From the NCBI GenBank assembly GCA_027623195.1, contig JAQBUT010000004.1:85308-149307 (forward strand): a stretch of 64,000 nt of DNA, in the 5' to 3' direction. Under the pieces are notes generated by a model. It was not told the origin of the DNA, did not search any database, and was given only the letters and a program-made list of their open reading frames with translations. Every line of letters starts with the position of its first letter. Within the stretch, counting starts at the first letter, position 1. A program made the translations under genes and the position numbers. This DNA comes from Chloroflexota bacterium. Lineage in GTDB: Bacteria; Chloroflexota; Dehalococcoidia; Lucifugimonadales; JADFKI01. Of this stretch, positions 40,145-49,878 are shown one piece after another.

Positions 40145-41101
40145 CTAGCCCTGCTTTACCAGCTTCTGCATGGAGCGTAGCTCTTTCGGCGGGTCCATCT
40201 TGCTGCCGTAGTCTGCCCAGGAGACCTCCGCCACGTAGATGTCGCCCTTCGAATCCACCGCAATCCCATGCGGCGAGTAGAATCTGCCAGGCTCATCCCC
40301 GTAGGTCTCCAAGCCTAACTTGGCAAGATAGTTGCCCTTCAGGTCGCTGATCGTCACCCTGGGGCCAAGATTCGTACCCATGCGGTTATTGCCAATGCCG
40401 GCGAAGTACTCCCCGATGTACATCAGAGGCTGGCTTCCACGATAATCCAGGTGAAGACATGCGGCTCTGGACAGGTTCACCCACTGAGTCTCGTACTTGC
40501 CTTCGGGGCTGAAGACCTGAATGCGGTGGTTCTCCCTGTCTGCAATGTATACCCAGCCATCGCGATCAACTGCCACGTAGTGGACGATGTTGAACTGTCC
40601 CTCGGCCGTGCCGGACTCGCCCCAGGAGAGAATCTCCTTGCCGTCCGGCGAGTACTTATGCACCACAGCGTTGGAGTAGCCATCCGCGATGTAGAAGTCG
40701 CCGTTGCGCGGATCGAATCCCACGTGAGTCGGTCCGCTGAATGGCTTGCCGCTCATGGGAACAGAACGCTGGCCCGGCGTGCCCATCGTCTTCAGTAGCT
40801 TTCCGTCAGAGGTGAACTGCCTTACTGAATGGTCGGCATTATCCACACACCATATGGTTCCATCCGGCCCCACCGTCACGCCGTGCGGGCTGGTGAATAT
40901 GCCGTGACCCCAGGTCTGCTGCACCTTGCCATCAGTGTCGAACACTATCATGGGATTGGTGCCGCGGTTGAAGACGTACACGTTGTCATTGGGATCCACG
41001 GCTACAGACGTGGCTTCCTTATAAGTCGAGCCTTCCGGGATGTCACCCCAGTCTTCGCCCGACACCTCGTAAACATAATCGCCAGAGCCTAGTAAAGGCA
41101 T
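40145..41101 (-). CDS. NHL-repeat beta-propeller protein (PAL-like)
   Basis: Repeated F..PHG..VD..G.IYVAD..N.RIQVF units. Confidence 0.88.
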   Translation of the reverse strand: MPLLGSGDYVYEVSGEDWGDIPEGSTYKEATSVAVDPNDNVYVFNRGTNPMIVFDTDGKVQQTWGHGIFTSPHGVTVGPDGTIWCVDNADHSVRQFTSDGKLLKTMGTPGQRSVPMSGKPFSGPTHVGFDPRNGDFYIADGYSNAVVHKYSPDGKEILSWGESGTAEGQFNIVHYVAVDRDGWVYIADRENHRIQVFSPEGKYETQWVNLSRAACLHLDYRGSQPLMYIGEYFAGIGNNRMGTNLGPRVTISDLKGNYLAKLGLETYGDEPGRFYSPHGIAVDSKGDIYVAEVSWADYGSKMDPPKELRSMQKLVKQG

Positions 41102-41346
41102 CGTAGACCTCCATTCATGCTAAGACGCCGCCTGTTAGACGTACGCCTTGAATATCGGTCAGATAGTACCAATTGCGGCATGTAGTTACAACAAGGCGGC
41201 GAAAGAGATTTTTTAGGAGCATCTTCAACACCCTGCTCTTCACCGGGTTCCAAACCAAATGTTGACCGTGCACCACTTGCGAATATAATACGGTCAGACC
41301 TACCGCGTTACTGCGGGAGGAAACGACCATGGATTCAGGAGCGCTT

Positions 41347-42096
41347 ATGGGAAGATTCGACGGGCAGGTGGCTATCGTCACGGGAGCCGCCACAGGCATT
41401 GGATACGGCATAGCCAAACGATTGGCCAGTGAGGGCGCCAACCTGGTTATGGTGGACCTGAACGGGTCAATGGGAGAACAGTCGGCAAGCGAAATTGCTG
41501 CGCGGGGCACCGAGACAAGACTTGTGGTAGGCGACGTTGGCGAAAGCTCAACTGCCGACGAAGCTGTACGGCAGGCTGTGGATACCTGGGGTAGGCTAGA
41601 CATTCTCATTAACAACGCAGGTATCACCGGCGTGGACGGAAACATATGGGAGACGCCTGTCGAGGAGTTGGACAGGGTTTATCGCGTCAACCTGCGAGGG
41701 GTCTTCTCGTTCTGCCACGCGGCCATACCCGCCATGCTGGAGAGGGACTACGGTCGTGTCGTCAACATAGCGTCTATTGCCGGTAAAGAGGGCAATCCGC
41801 GCATGGTGCCATACTCCGCAACGAAGGCCGCCGTCATCGGCCTAACCAAATCCGTGGGCAAGGAGTTGGCCAAAACCGGCGTTAGGGTGAACTGCGTCGC
41901 GCCGGCAGTAGTGCATACCCGCCTTCTTGATGAGCTCACGCCTGAACAGATCCAATACATGGTGGACCGCATTCCAATTGGGCGCACCGGAGACATCAGC
42001 GAGATCGCTGCGTTGGTTGCCTGGCTGGCATCCGAAGAGTGCTCCTTCAGCACTGGGGCTGTCTTCGACATTAGCGGGGGCCGCGCGACTTACTAG
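41347..42096 (+). CDS. Short-chain dehydrogenase/reductase
   Basis: TGAATGIG, NNAG, YSATK, FDISGGRATY; start 41329 or 41347. Confidence 0.92.
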   Translation: MGRFDGQVAIVTGAATGIGYGIAKRLASEGANLVMVDLNGSMGEQSASEIAARGTETRLVVGDVGESSTADEAVRQAVDTWGRLDILINNAGITGVDGNIWETPVEELDRVYRVNLRGVFSFCHAAIPAMLERDYGRVVNIASIAGKEGNPRMVPYSATKAAVIGLTKSVGKELAKTGVRVNCVAPAVVHTRLLDELTPEQIQYMVDRIPIGRTGDISEIAALVAWLASEECSFSTGAVFDISGGRATY

Positions 42097-42192
42097 TGTG
42101 GCCACACACCTCAGAACCTTCTGACAAACGGCGCATCTAATTGGCGCCGGTCCCTAACGGGGAAGACCCAAAAATGCGGAGAGGACGAGAAT

Positions 42193-42744
42193 ATGCCGTG
42201 GATTGACCAGGACGAAAGCCTTAACGTTGGGAACGTAATCAAGATAATGTCCCTGAGGCCCAAAGCCATGCAGGCCGTAATGGATGTAAATCAGGCCGTC
42301 ACATTCGGAGGGTCGGCGCTAACGCGAGTCCAGGAGGAGGCGATTGCCACCACTGTGGGCGTCGTCAACAAGTGCCGCTACTGAACGATGTCCCACGGGG
42401 CGTTGCTCCGTCAGATGTCCGATGACCCCGAGATGGCCAGCATGGTGATGTATGACTACACCAAGGCCAACATCGATCCCCAGTTGAAGGGAATCCTGGA
42501 TTTCGCCACCAAGCTAACCCTCAAGCCAGGCGAAATGGAGGAGACCGACATTCAGACCTTGCGCGTTTCCGGCCTGAGCGACGAGGAGATTCTCAGCGTT
42601 GTCATGGTGACTTGTAACTTCAACTTCATGACGCGGCTTGCAGACGCCCTGGGTGTGGTCTTCGAAGACTCACGTCAACAACAGATGGAGCGATGGCTGA
42701 CTGGTCCCGTTAAAGACCAGGAATGGCTCATGAAGCAGAAGTAA
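42193..42744 (+). CDS. AhpD/carboxymuconolactone decarboxylase-family peroxidase-like protein, probable selenoprotein (UGA at 42382-42384)
   Basis: ORFs 42193..42384 and 42388..42744 are in frame; junction reads NKC-R-Y-(TGA)-T-M-S-H, i.e. CxxU-xxx-H; hairpin begins 11 nt downstream. Confidence 0.75.
42395..42411 (+). promoter_or_regulatory. Candidate bacterial SECIS hairpin
   Basis: ACGGGGC-GTT-GCTCCGT stem-loop starting 11 nt after the in-frame UGA. Confidence 0.5.
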
Positions 42745-42823
42745 CTTGGAGAAACTGGACATACCGATAAAGGCGGCGGCAGGTACCGGAGTTGGATGGA
42801 ACCGCTCTCGAAGCTAAAGTAAC

Positions 42824-44203
42824 TCAGTCGGCCCCGCTGCCGGTAGGCGCTGGCTCTGGGTTGGACACTCCATGCCCCTCGGTCCCGAAGACCTGCTCCA
42901 CTTCCCAGTCTGGTATCAGTATTTTGTGCGTAGGCTCAAGCACCACGATGCTGACCATGCCCGCAAGGCTCGCCACTATGGCTATCATCAGGGCCAAGTC
43001 ATAGCTGCCAGTCATATCGTAAATTGGCCCGCCGACCCATCCACCCAGCGCCATGCCGAGGCCTGCTCCAAGCATCTGAATGCCATAGGGCGAGCCCGTA
43101 GGCGCGTGGCCGTAGTATTTTCGATTCAGTATTGGGAAGCCGCCGGTCTCGCCTCCGTAGCCTATCCCGAACAGCACTGCGAATAGGTAGAACATCCACG
43201 GGTCATGCGTCCAGAATAGCGACACCACGGTGATGCCCTGCAGAAAGTAGAAAATGGCCATGACGGTCCGGGTGCCCATGTGCTCGCAAAGTATAGGCAC
43301 GGCGATTCGAGATATTATGCTCACGGCTGACATGACCGTTAATAGTGCCGCCGCCGTCACCAGGGACAGCCCTTCGCTGACAGCCAACGGTATGATGTAT
43401 ATCAGTATCACAGCGTGGCCAACGCATCCCAGGAAGTGTATGGAGCTCAGGTTCCAGTATGCTGCCGTCCGGCGCATGTGGCCGTTGAACATCTTGATCC
43501 GCTGCGGGTCGACGACCTTTTCTTCCGGAGATGGGTCGCCAGGCCTATGCCCGTAAGGCAAGATGCCCCGGTCCGACGGCTTGTTGCGAAACACCACGAT
43601 AAGCCCCGCCATAATCAATGCGGAACCAACGCCCAGCGCCAGGAAGGCCTGCTGCCATTCCATGTACTGAATCATGGCGCCAATGGCAGGGGCAGCCAAT
43701 GCTGGCCCCAACCCCCACGCCGCCATTATCAGGCCCATGCCAACGCCCAAGTGACGCCTGAACCAGAGCATTGCGGCAGGAATTAGAGGCACGAGGAACA
43801 TGGCCTGAGCCACTCCCAGAAGGACGCCGAAGTAAAGATAGAGGTGCCAAGGTTGCGATATGTAACCTGTGAGGATCATGCCCACAAGGAAGAGCGCCGT
43901 CCCGACCGCCATGGCCTTGCGCGCTCCAAAGCGGTCGCCGAACCAGCCAGCGAATGGCGATGACAGAGCGGTTACTAAGCTGGTAATGGCGTAGGCTAAG
44001 GTGATGGTGCCCTGGCTCCAGCCGAAACTCACTTCTAGGGGTTCGATGAATACGCCGAACGCCATGCGAACCGATGTCCCGACCATTTGCATGACTGCGA
44101 TAACCGTTACGATTACCCAGGCGTAATGAGGGTAGAAGACCCGGCCATTTCCGCCATCTTCACCTTTACCTGGGTCCCTACCCAGATTGACACCGAGTGC
44201 CAT
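42824..44203 (-). CDS. MFS transporter
   Basis: About 12 TM helices; GWFGDRFGARK motif A. Confidence 0.92.
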   Translation of the reverse strand: MALGVNLGRDPGKGEDGGNGRVFYPHYAWVIVTVIAVMQMVGTSVRMAFGVFIEPLEVSFGWSQGTITLAYAITSLVTALSSPFAGWFGDRFGARKAMAVGTALFLVGMILTGYISQPWHLYLYFGVLLGVAQAMFLVPLIPAAMLWFRRHLGVGMGLIMAAWGLGPALAAPAIGAMIQYMEWQQAFLALGVGSALIMAGLIVVFRNKPSDRGILPYGHRPGDPSPEEKVVDPQRIKMFNGHMRRTAAYWNLSSIHFLGCVGHAVILIYIIPLAVSEGLSLVTAAALLTVMSAVSIISRIAVPILCEHMGTRTVMAIFYFLQGITVVSLFWTHDPWMFYLFAVLFGIGYGGETGGFPILNRKYYGHAPTGSPYGIQMLGAGLGMALGGWVGGPIYDMTGSYDLALMIAIVASLAGMVSIVVLEPTHKILIPDWEVEQVFGTEGHGVSNPEPAPTGSGAD

Positions 44204-44227
44204 TCAGCTTGACCTCTTTGTTTACAT

Positions 44228-44530
44228 TCAATGCAGTGGGCAGGCGAATAGAAATGCTCGTTCCCATCCCTGCTCTTCCCCTGGGTTTCCCAGGGAACCC
44301 GCTAACGCCCCATTAGGACTAGCCTGTTGGCCGGTCCGAAAATCAAACTGGGCCTCGCCCAAACCGGCCTGGGCATATGGATTGTTGCGGGCTTCGATGC
44401 GAGCATCAGCGGCCCACGCGCCAAAGAAAATAGTGATGGCTAGACTCAAAACCACCACCACAACGAACTGGAGTGGCAGCCCAAGCACGCGCATTTCGTT
44501 GAGACGAGATGCCAGACTGTCGTTCTGCAT
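44228..44530 (-). CDS. Small single-TM hypothetical protein ending in FACPLH
   Basis: TM helix and C-terminal ERAFLFACPLH; start uncertain. Confidence 0.6.
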   Translation of the reverse strand: MQNDSLASRLNEMRVLGLPLQFVVVVVLSLAITIFFGAWAADARIEARNNPYAQAGLGEAQFDFRTGQQASPNGALAGSLGNPGEEQGWERAFLFACPLH

Positions 44531-44599
44531 ATTTAAGTTACCATATAATAAACGGGGGCAGGCTTTCAAACCTGCCTCCGTTTATTCCATTAATTCTAT

Positions 44600-45073
44600 C
44601 TAAGCGGGAATGGCCGCTCTAGCGATCGCGAGGAGATCCTCTTCCGAGTCGTCCAAGTTCACGGGGTCGCCGTGCGGCTGCGGGACGGGGAAGCCAGTCT
44701 TGTAGTAGACCTCGAACGTATTGCCCTCGGGGTCGGTAGCGTACATTCCAAATGCGTTGCCGTGGCTGACGGTGCGCTGTATGCTGACGTTCTCTTCCTT
44801 GAACACTTTGTAGAAGCCTTTCAGCTCGGCCAAAGAGTCTACCTTGAAAGAGATCTGCTGCACCACTTTGGCGTCAGCGTCCACGTTGCGGCCCTTCATA
44901 ATCACGAACTCGTGATGCTCTTCACCGGGGTTAGCGCTCATGAAAACCATGCCACGCTGTTCCAGGTCCTCGTCCGTTATCTCGAGGCCCATGACCCTGG
45001 AATAGAAATCACGCTGCTTCATGAGGTCCGTAACATAAATTCCGACATGGCCCAGTCCACTAAGTTTAGGCAT
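44600..45073 (-). CDS. VOC family protein (extradiol dioxygenase-like fold)
   Basis: LGHVGIYV, FYSRVMG, HHE, HG...MY..DPEGN.FEVY. Confidence 0.88.
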   Translation of the reverse strand: MPKLSGLGHVGIYVTDLMKQRDFYSRVMGLEITDEDLEQRGMVFMSANPGEEHHEFVIMKGRNVDADAKVVQQISFKVDSLAELKGFYKVFKEENVSIQRTVSHGNAFGMYATDPEGNTFEVYYKTGFPVPQPHGDPVNLDDSEEDLLAIARAAIPA

Positions 45074-45245
45074 TCGTCTACCTCCGATGATATAAAGCCG
45101 ATTTCAACCCATATTTAGGCTGCCGTTGGCGGGATTGTACCACAATACAGCCAGCCGCAACGACTGCCGCGACGGCTTCCGGTTTCATGCCTTTAACTCC
45201 GGTACGAACCGGGTTGCAGTCGACTGTCGTCGCTATAAAGCGGCC

Positions 45246-45872
45246 CTAACTGGTGACCCAATCAACGGCGTTCACGACTAGTTGTTGAAAGAGCGTGGTC
45301 TGAAAGCTCAACCCATCGTGCCCGAGGGTCGTCTGGAAAACTTTACCGTTGCCATACGTGCGCGTCCACGCCATGGGATAGGTCTGGCCGTCCAGGTCCG
45401 CCGTCAAGAATACCTGATTGCCGGGTCGCCAACCCAATTCGGTGTAAAGCTCGTCATTGGTAATAAAGTCGCGTATACCGGCGCTGCACTGGTGACTCGG
45501 ATCGCTGACGTTTACGGTGAACTGTCCGTAAGGTGGGTGGGTACTGGCGCCCGAGACCCAACCTCCCCCGGAAACATCATGGTACTCGTTCCAGTTGTCC
45601 GGCCTACACCCAGATATATGCAGGCAGACGAACCCTTTGCCACCACCTATGAACCTTGTAAATTGAACCTGTTCGTCTCGGGTAAGGGTAAGCTCCGCCT
45701 CACGCCTCGTGTTGAAAATAATAGCGTCATATCCCCGCAGCTTTTCAGAAAGCAAAACGCTGGAGTTTTCGGTCACCTGCACCTGGTGGCCTGCCGCCTG
45801 CAGGAAGTCGGCCAGGATCGGTGTTGATTCATCGTACGGATGCCGTCCGCCTGACAATACCAGCAGGTCCAT
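45246..45872 (-). CDS. ThuA-like domain protein
   Basis: GG.H, GGKGFVCLH, DELY, PMAWTR.YG.GKVF.TTLGH. Confidence 0.88.
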   Translation of the reverse strand: MDLLVLSGGRHPYDESTPILADFLQAAGHQVQVTENSSVLLSEKLRGYDAIIFNTRREAELTLTRDEQVQFTRFIGGGKGFVCLHISGCRPDNWNEYHDVSGGGWVSGASTHPPYGQFTVNVSDPSHQCSAGIRDFITNDELYTELGWRPGNQVFLTADLDGQTYPMAWTRTYGNGKVFQTTLGHDGLSFQTTLFQQLVVNAVDWVTS

Positions 45873-45992
45873 GGGAATCCTCCATTCAAATGAGTTGGGG
45901 CATAACTCCCCATGACGGGAAGCCGCTCATACACGCCTAAATCGAGTTTATACCAGGGTATTTAAAAGGGTCAAGGAATACGGAGACTCTAA

Positions 45993-46670
45993 TTAGAGGG
46001 CTTGTGAAAACCTCTTGAGCAGCGACTGCAATGGCATGTCGGATAATGCGTTCAATCGCAGGTCGGCGCCTTCGAAAGCCATATCCGCCGTCATAGGGTT
46101 CGGAACAACCACGCAGTTTACGCCCGCGCTCCTCGCCGAGTTAAGTCCATTCAGGGAGTCCTCGATGGCCAGCGCGTTTGCGGGATAGACGCCCAAGCGG
46201 TCAGCGGCCTTAAGGTAAATTTCTGGATCTGGTTTGGCCTTCTTCACATCATCTCTGGTCGTAATAGATTCAAACAGGCCCAGCATTCCTCTAGAGTTCA
46301 GGTGTCCGCGAACCCATTCGCTGTCGGAGCTAGATGCAACCCCGACTTTAAGGCCCAAAGCCCTGGCGCCGTTAATGTAGTCCAGTATTCCAGGTAAGAT
46401 CGGGTTTGACTCAATTTGTGCCAAATAGCGCGGCCGCATATCCGCCCGTACTGCCTGTCTGTCTATGGCTCGACCAGACATCTCTTCCAAGTGCTGGTAG
46501 ATATTAAAGGTCCCAGCCTCAGTGCCGATGGACTGTTTCCAAATATCGGGGTCAAGAACGGTGCCGTAGCCTTCAAAAACATCTCGCCATATATTAAAAT
46601 CTGGCGTCTCTGTATCGAGAATAACGCCGTCGAAGTCAAATATCAGCGCGGAGATTTCAGGCAATTCCAC
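45993..46670 (-). CDS. HAD-family hydrolase (beta-PGM/CbbY-like)
   Basis: IFDFDGVILDTE, VASSS, KPDPEIY, IEDS.NG; start trimmed to GTG 46670. Confidence 0.9.
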   Translation of the reverse strand: MELPEISALIFDFDGVILDTETPDFNIWRDVFEGYGTVLDPDIWKQSIGTEAGTFNIYQHLEEMSGRAIDRQAVRADMRPRYLAQIESNPILPGILDYINGARALGLKVGVASSSDSEWVRGHLNSRGMLGLFESITTRDDVKKAKPDPEIYLKAADRLGVYPANALAIEDSLNGLNSARSAGVNCVVVPNPMTADMAFEGADLRLNALSDMPLQSLLKRFSQAL

Positions 46671-46839
46671 TTCCCTAATTAAATAACCAGGATGATATAA
46701 TTGAAAAGAATAAGGCATAAGGATTATATCACTGCGTCGATTATCCCTTGCACACCCCCGCCCTATGAACGTAGAATAGTATGTTGTCATTTTTGTTTTA
46801 TGACAATTTGAAAATATGATAATTGGTAGGTAAATAGCC

Positions 46840-47178
46840 ATGGAAGCCTACGAGCTAATCGAGCTAAAGCCCAACGAGAAAATAGAAGAGTTCCAGCCCG
46901 GAGACACCGTACGCGTGGACATCCGCGTTACAGAGGGTGAGCGAACGCGAACCCAGGCCTTTCAGGGCGTGGTCATACGCCGGCGCGGTGGCGGCCCGGG
47001 CGAGTCCTTCACAGTGCGGCGTGTAGCACACGACGTAGGTGTGGAGAGGACTTTCCTCATGAACTCGCCAAACGTGGAGGCGGTTGTCGTCACACGAAAG
47101 GGCAAGGTTCGCAGGGCGCGACTTTACTACCTCCGAGGCCGGTCCGGCAGAGCAGCGCGAATTAAAGAGCGCCGATAA
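46840..47178 (+). CDS. rplS: 50S ribosomal protein L19
   Basis: F.PGDTVRV, EG.R.R.Q.F.GVVI, GVER.F, GKVRRA.LYYLR. Confidence 0.97.
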   Translation: MEAYELIELKPNEKIEEFQPGDTVRVDIRVTEGERTRTQAFQGVVIRRRGGGPGESFTVRRVAHDVGVERTFLMNSPNVEAVVVTRKGKVRRARLYYLRGRSGRAARIKERR

Positions 47179-47199
47179 GCCCTCTACGAGGATTTACCC

Positions 47200-47232
47200 A
47201 AAAGGGCGTTCGCCGTGGCGAACGCCCTTTTC
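47200..47232 (+). terminator. Intrinsic terminator after rplS
   Basis: AAAAGGGCGTTCGCC-GT-GGCGAACGCCCTTTT. Confidence 0.85.
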
Positions 47233-47262
47233 GTTTTCCACAATATAGCCAGAGCATCTTGC

Positions 47263-47274
47263 GAACATGCGTTC
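47263..47274. promoter_or_regulatory. LexA (SOS) box upstream of priA
   Basis: GAAC-ATGC-GTTC inside a TTGCGA-18-TAGAAT promoter. Confidence 0.65.
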
Positions 47275-47338
47275 CGTTAAGATAGAATATGCTCGCTAGC
47301 AAAGTCGCAACCGCATATCCCCGACAGGCCTACGTTAC

Positions 47339-49801
47339 GTGATATACGCCGAGATAGCAGTCGACGCCCCTATCGGTCCTGAAAAAACCTTCAGTTACTC
47401 CATACCTGACGGCCTCGAACTAAGGCCAGGCCACCTGGTCAAGGTGCCCTTTGGCCCGCGAAGCATCCAGGGGGTCGTAATGTCCCTGTCCACCACCTCA
47501 GCCGTGGCACAAACCCGTGACGTCTACGACGTAGCTTTCCTGGAACCCGTTGTGGACGAAGCCCGGCTGAAGCTGGCCAGTTGGGTCAGCAGCTACTACA
47601 TGTGCTCTCTCTTTGAGGCGCTTTCGCCAATGCTTCCCCAGGGAGGACGCGTCCGAGGTAATACGAGGCTGACATTAATCGAAGACGTTAACGACATAGC
47701 TTCCGGACAGGCGTACACCCCGTTCCAAGAAAAAATTCTCACCTTGTTGCGAAGCCGCCCAGGCGTAAGTCAGGAACAGTTGGTGCGCAGGATGGGCGAT
47801 GGCGCACGGTCGGCAATCGCAGCCCTGGAGCGTCGTGGGGTTCTCACCCGCGAACCCGGTTCTCTGGAACCCAGCGTTAAAGAGAAGCTCAGGCACGTCG
47901 TTACCATTGCCCCCGGCGCACGAGACAGCGCGAACCAGTGGCTTCACGACGCTTCAAACAGGGCCAATCGACAGAAGGCTCTGGCTCAGGCCCTACTGGA
48001 CTCTCAAGAGCCTTTGGACATTACCTCCGCCCGCAAAGAGTATGGAGCAGGTGCAGTCAAGTCGCTGAGAGAACGAGGCTGGCTTAACGTTAAGGCGGTA
48101 CAGGTGGACCGCGATCCCTTGGAAGGCAGGAGCTTCCCACCCGAACGACCAGTGACCTTAACAGCGCCGCAAACAGCAATCGCGGAGGAAATCCGACGCT
48201 CGCTAGATGATTCCTCCGGGCAGCGAGACACCTACCTGCTGCAAGGCGTAACCGGCAGTGGCAAGACGGAGGTTTACCTGAACGCCGCACAGCATTGCCT
48301 CGCTCTGGGAAAACGAGCCATAGTCCTTGTACCGGAGATAGCGCTGACGTACCAGACCATCGAGCGGTTCGCCTCCCGGTTTCCCAACGACGTGGCAGTG
48401 CTGCACAGCGGCCTCACTGCTGGAGAGCGCTTCGATCAGTGGTGGAAGGTGCGCCAGGGCCGATACGGCGTCGTAGTAGGGTCACGCAGCGCTGTCTTCG
48501 CACCGCAACCCGACCTCGGCTTGATAATCATAGACGAGGAGCATGAGTGGACGTACAAACAGCACGATGCCGTGCCGCGATACCACACCAGGGAGGTCGC
48601 CGCCGAGGTAACCCGGCTGACTGGCGCTACGCTGCTCCTGGGCAGCGCATCGCCGGACCTCTCTTCCTACCACCGAGGTAAGCGCGGTACGTACAAGCTT
48701 CGACTGCTGACTGATCGCATTGCCTCTATCGATAACGGGCTTGCAGACGCAGGGACGGAACCGGTGGTGGCTCCGCTGGCGTCGGTTCAAATCGTGGACA
48801 TGCGCTCCGAGCTTCGCGAGGGCAACCGGGACATATTCAGCCGCCCGCTCACAGCGGCCATGAATGATTGCCTAGACTCTGGCCAACAGATGATGCTTTT
48901 CATCAATCGCAGGGGATCGTCAGCCTACCTGCAGTGCCGTAGCTGCGGCTTTAGTCTGCGTTGCCGCAGTTGCGACGTTCCCATGACGTACCACAAGAGG
49001 GCCAAGCGACTCATGTGCCATTACTGCGGCACCCGCCGAATACCACCGGACAAGTGCCCGCAGTGCCTGGCCTACCGCCTGAGTTTCTACGGTGTGGGCA
49101 CCGAGGGTATAGCCGAGCAATTGGCTTCTAAATATCCAGGGGTTGAGGTGCTGCGTTGGGACAGGGATACAGCCACCTCTCCCAAGGCGCATGAAGATAT
49201 ACTTACTCGGTTCAGGTCCGGGGACGCCCGAATACTGGTAGGCACTCAGATGATTGCCAAGGGCCTACATTTTCCGTCCGTGACCTTGGTTGGTGTCGTT
49301 TCGGCCGACGTTGGCCTGAACGTGCCGGATTACCGTGCCGGGGAGCGAACCTTCCAACTGCTGTGTCAGGTGGCAGGAAGGGCTGGTCGCGGAACTTACG
49401 AGGGCAAGGTTATTCTGCAGACCTACCAGCCAGACAATTACGCCATCAAGGCGGCGGCTTCGCAGGATTACCAGGGCTTTTATGACAAAGAGATGGCGTT
49501 TCGAAGAGACCACTCTCACCCGCCGTACAGCCGGCTAATCAGGCTTATGCACTCGGACACAAACCGGGCCAAGGCAGAAGGAGAGGCCATCCGGATGGCA
49601 GAGGTTCTTCGTGCGGGACAAGATGAGTGGGGCCTGTCGGACACCGATGTGCTGGGGCCGACCCCTACGTGGCCTGCAATGTTACGCGGCCGGTACCGTT
49701 GGCACATCATACTGCGCGGCCCTAACCCAAGGTCGCTGCTGAATAAGACCACGATGCCCCAGGGTTGGGTGGTAGACATCGACCCTGTATCGTTGACGTA
49801 A
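47339..49801 (+). CDS. priA: Primosomal protein N' (replication restart helicase)
   Basis: GVTGSGKTEVY, VPEIALT, DEEHE, tandem CxxC motifs, GTQMIAKG, QVAGRAGR. Confidence 0.97.
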   Translation: MIYAEIAVDAPIGPEKTFSYSIPDGLELRPGHLVKVPFGPRSIQGVVMSLSTTSAVAQTRDVYDVAFLEPVVDEARLKLASWVSSYYMCSLFEALSPMLPQGGRVRGNTRLTLIEDVNDIASGQAYTPFQEKILTLLRSRPGVSQEQLVRRMGDGARSAIAALERRGVLTREPGSLEPSVKEKLRHVVTIAPGARDSANQWLHDASNRANRQKALAQALLDSQEPLDITSARKEYGAGAVKSLRERGWLNVKAVQVDRDPLEGRSFPPERPVTLTAPQTAIAEEIRRSLDDSSGQRDTYLLQGVTGSGKTEVYLNAAQHCLALGKRAIVLVPEIALTYQTIERFASRFPNDVAVLHSGLTAGERFDQWWKVRQGRYGVVVGSRSAVFAPQPDLGLIIIDEEHEWTYKQHDAVPRYHTREVAAEVTRLTGATLLLGSASPDLSSYHRGKRGTYKLRLLTDRIASIDNGLADAGTEPVVAPLASVQIVDMRSELREGNRDIFSRPLTAAMNDCLDSGQQMMLFINRRGSSAYLQCRSCGFSLRCRSCDVPMTYHKRAKRLMCHYCGTRRIPPDKCPQCLAYRLSFYGVGTEGIAEQLASKYPGVEVLRWDRDTATSPKAHEDILTRFRSGDARILVGTQMIAKGLHFPSVTLVGVVSADVGLNVPDYRAGERTFQLLCQVAGRAGRGTYEGKVILQTYQPDNYAIKAAASQDYQGFYDKEMAFRRDHSHPPYSRLIRLMHSDTNRAKAEGEAIRMAEVLRAGQDEWGLSDTDVLGPTPTWPAMLRGRYRWHIILRGPNPRSLLNKTTMPQGWVVDIDPVSLT

Positions 49802-49825
49802 TCGACAGAGAAGTCCTGCAAAAGA

Positions 49826-49855
49826 AAAAGGACAGGGCATAATGCCCTGTCCTCT
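49826..49855. terminator. Hairpin terminator between convergent genes
   Basis: AGGACAGGGCA-TAA-TGCCCTGTCCT preceded by an A-tract. Confidence 0.7.
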
Positions 49856-49878
49856 CGCTGCGCAATCTGTAAAAGTTT

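Noticed and set aside
46671..46841. N-terminal extension of the HAD ORF
   Set aside because: Covers the AT-rich divergent promoter region before rplS
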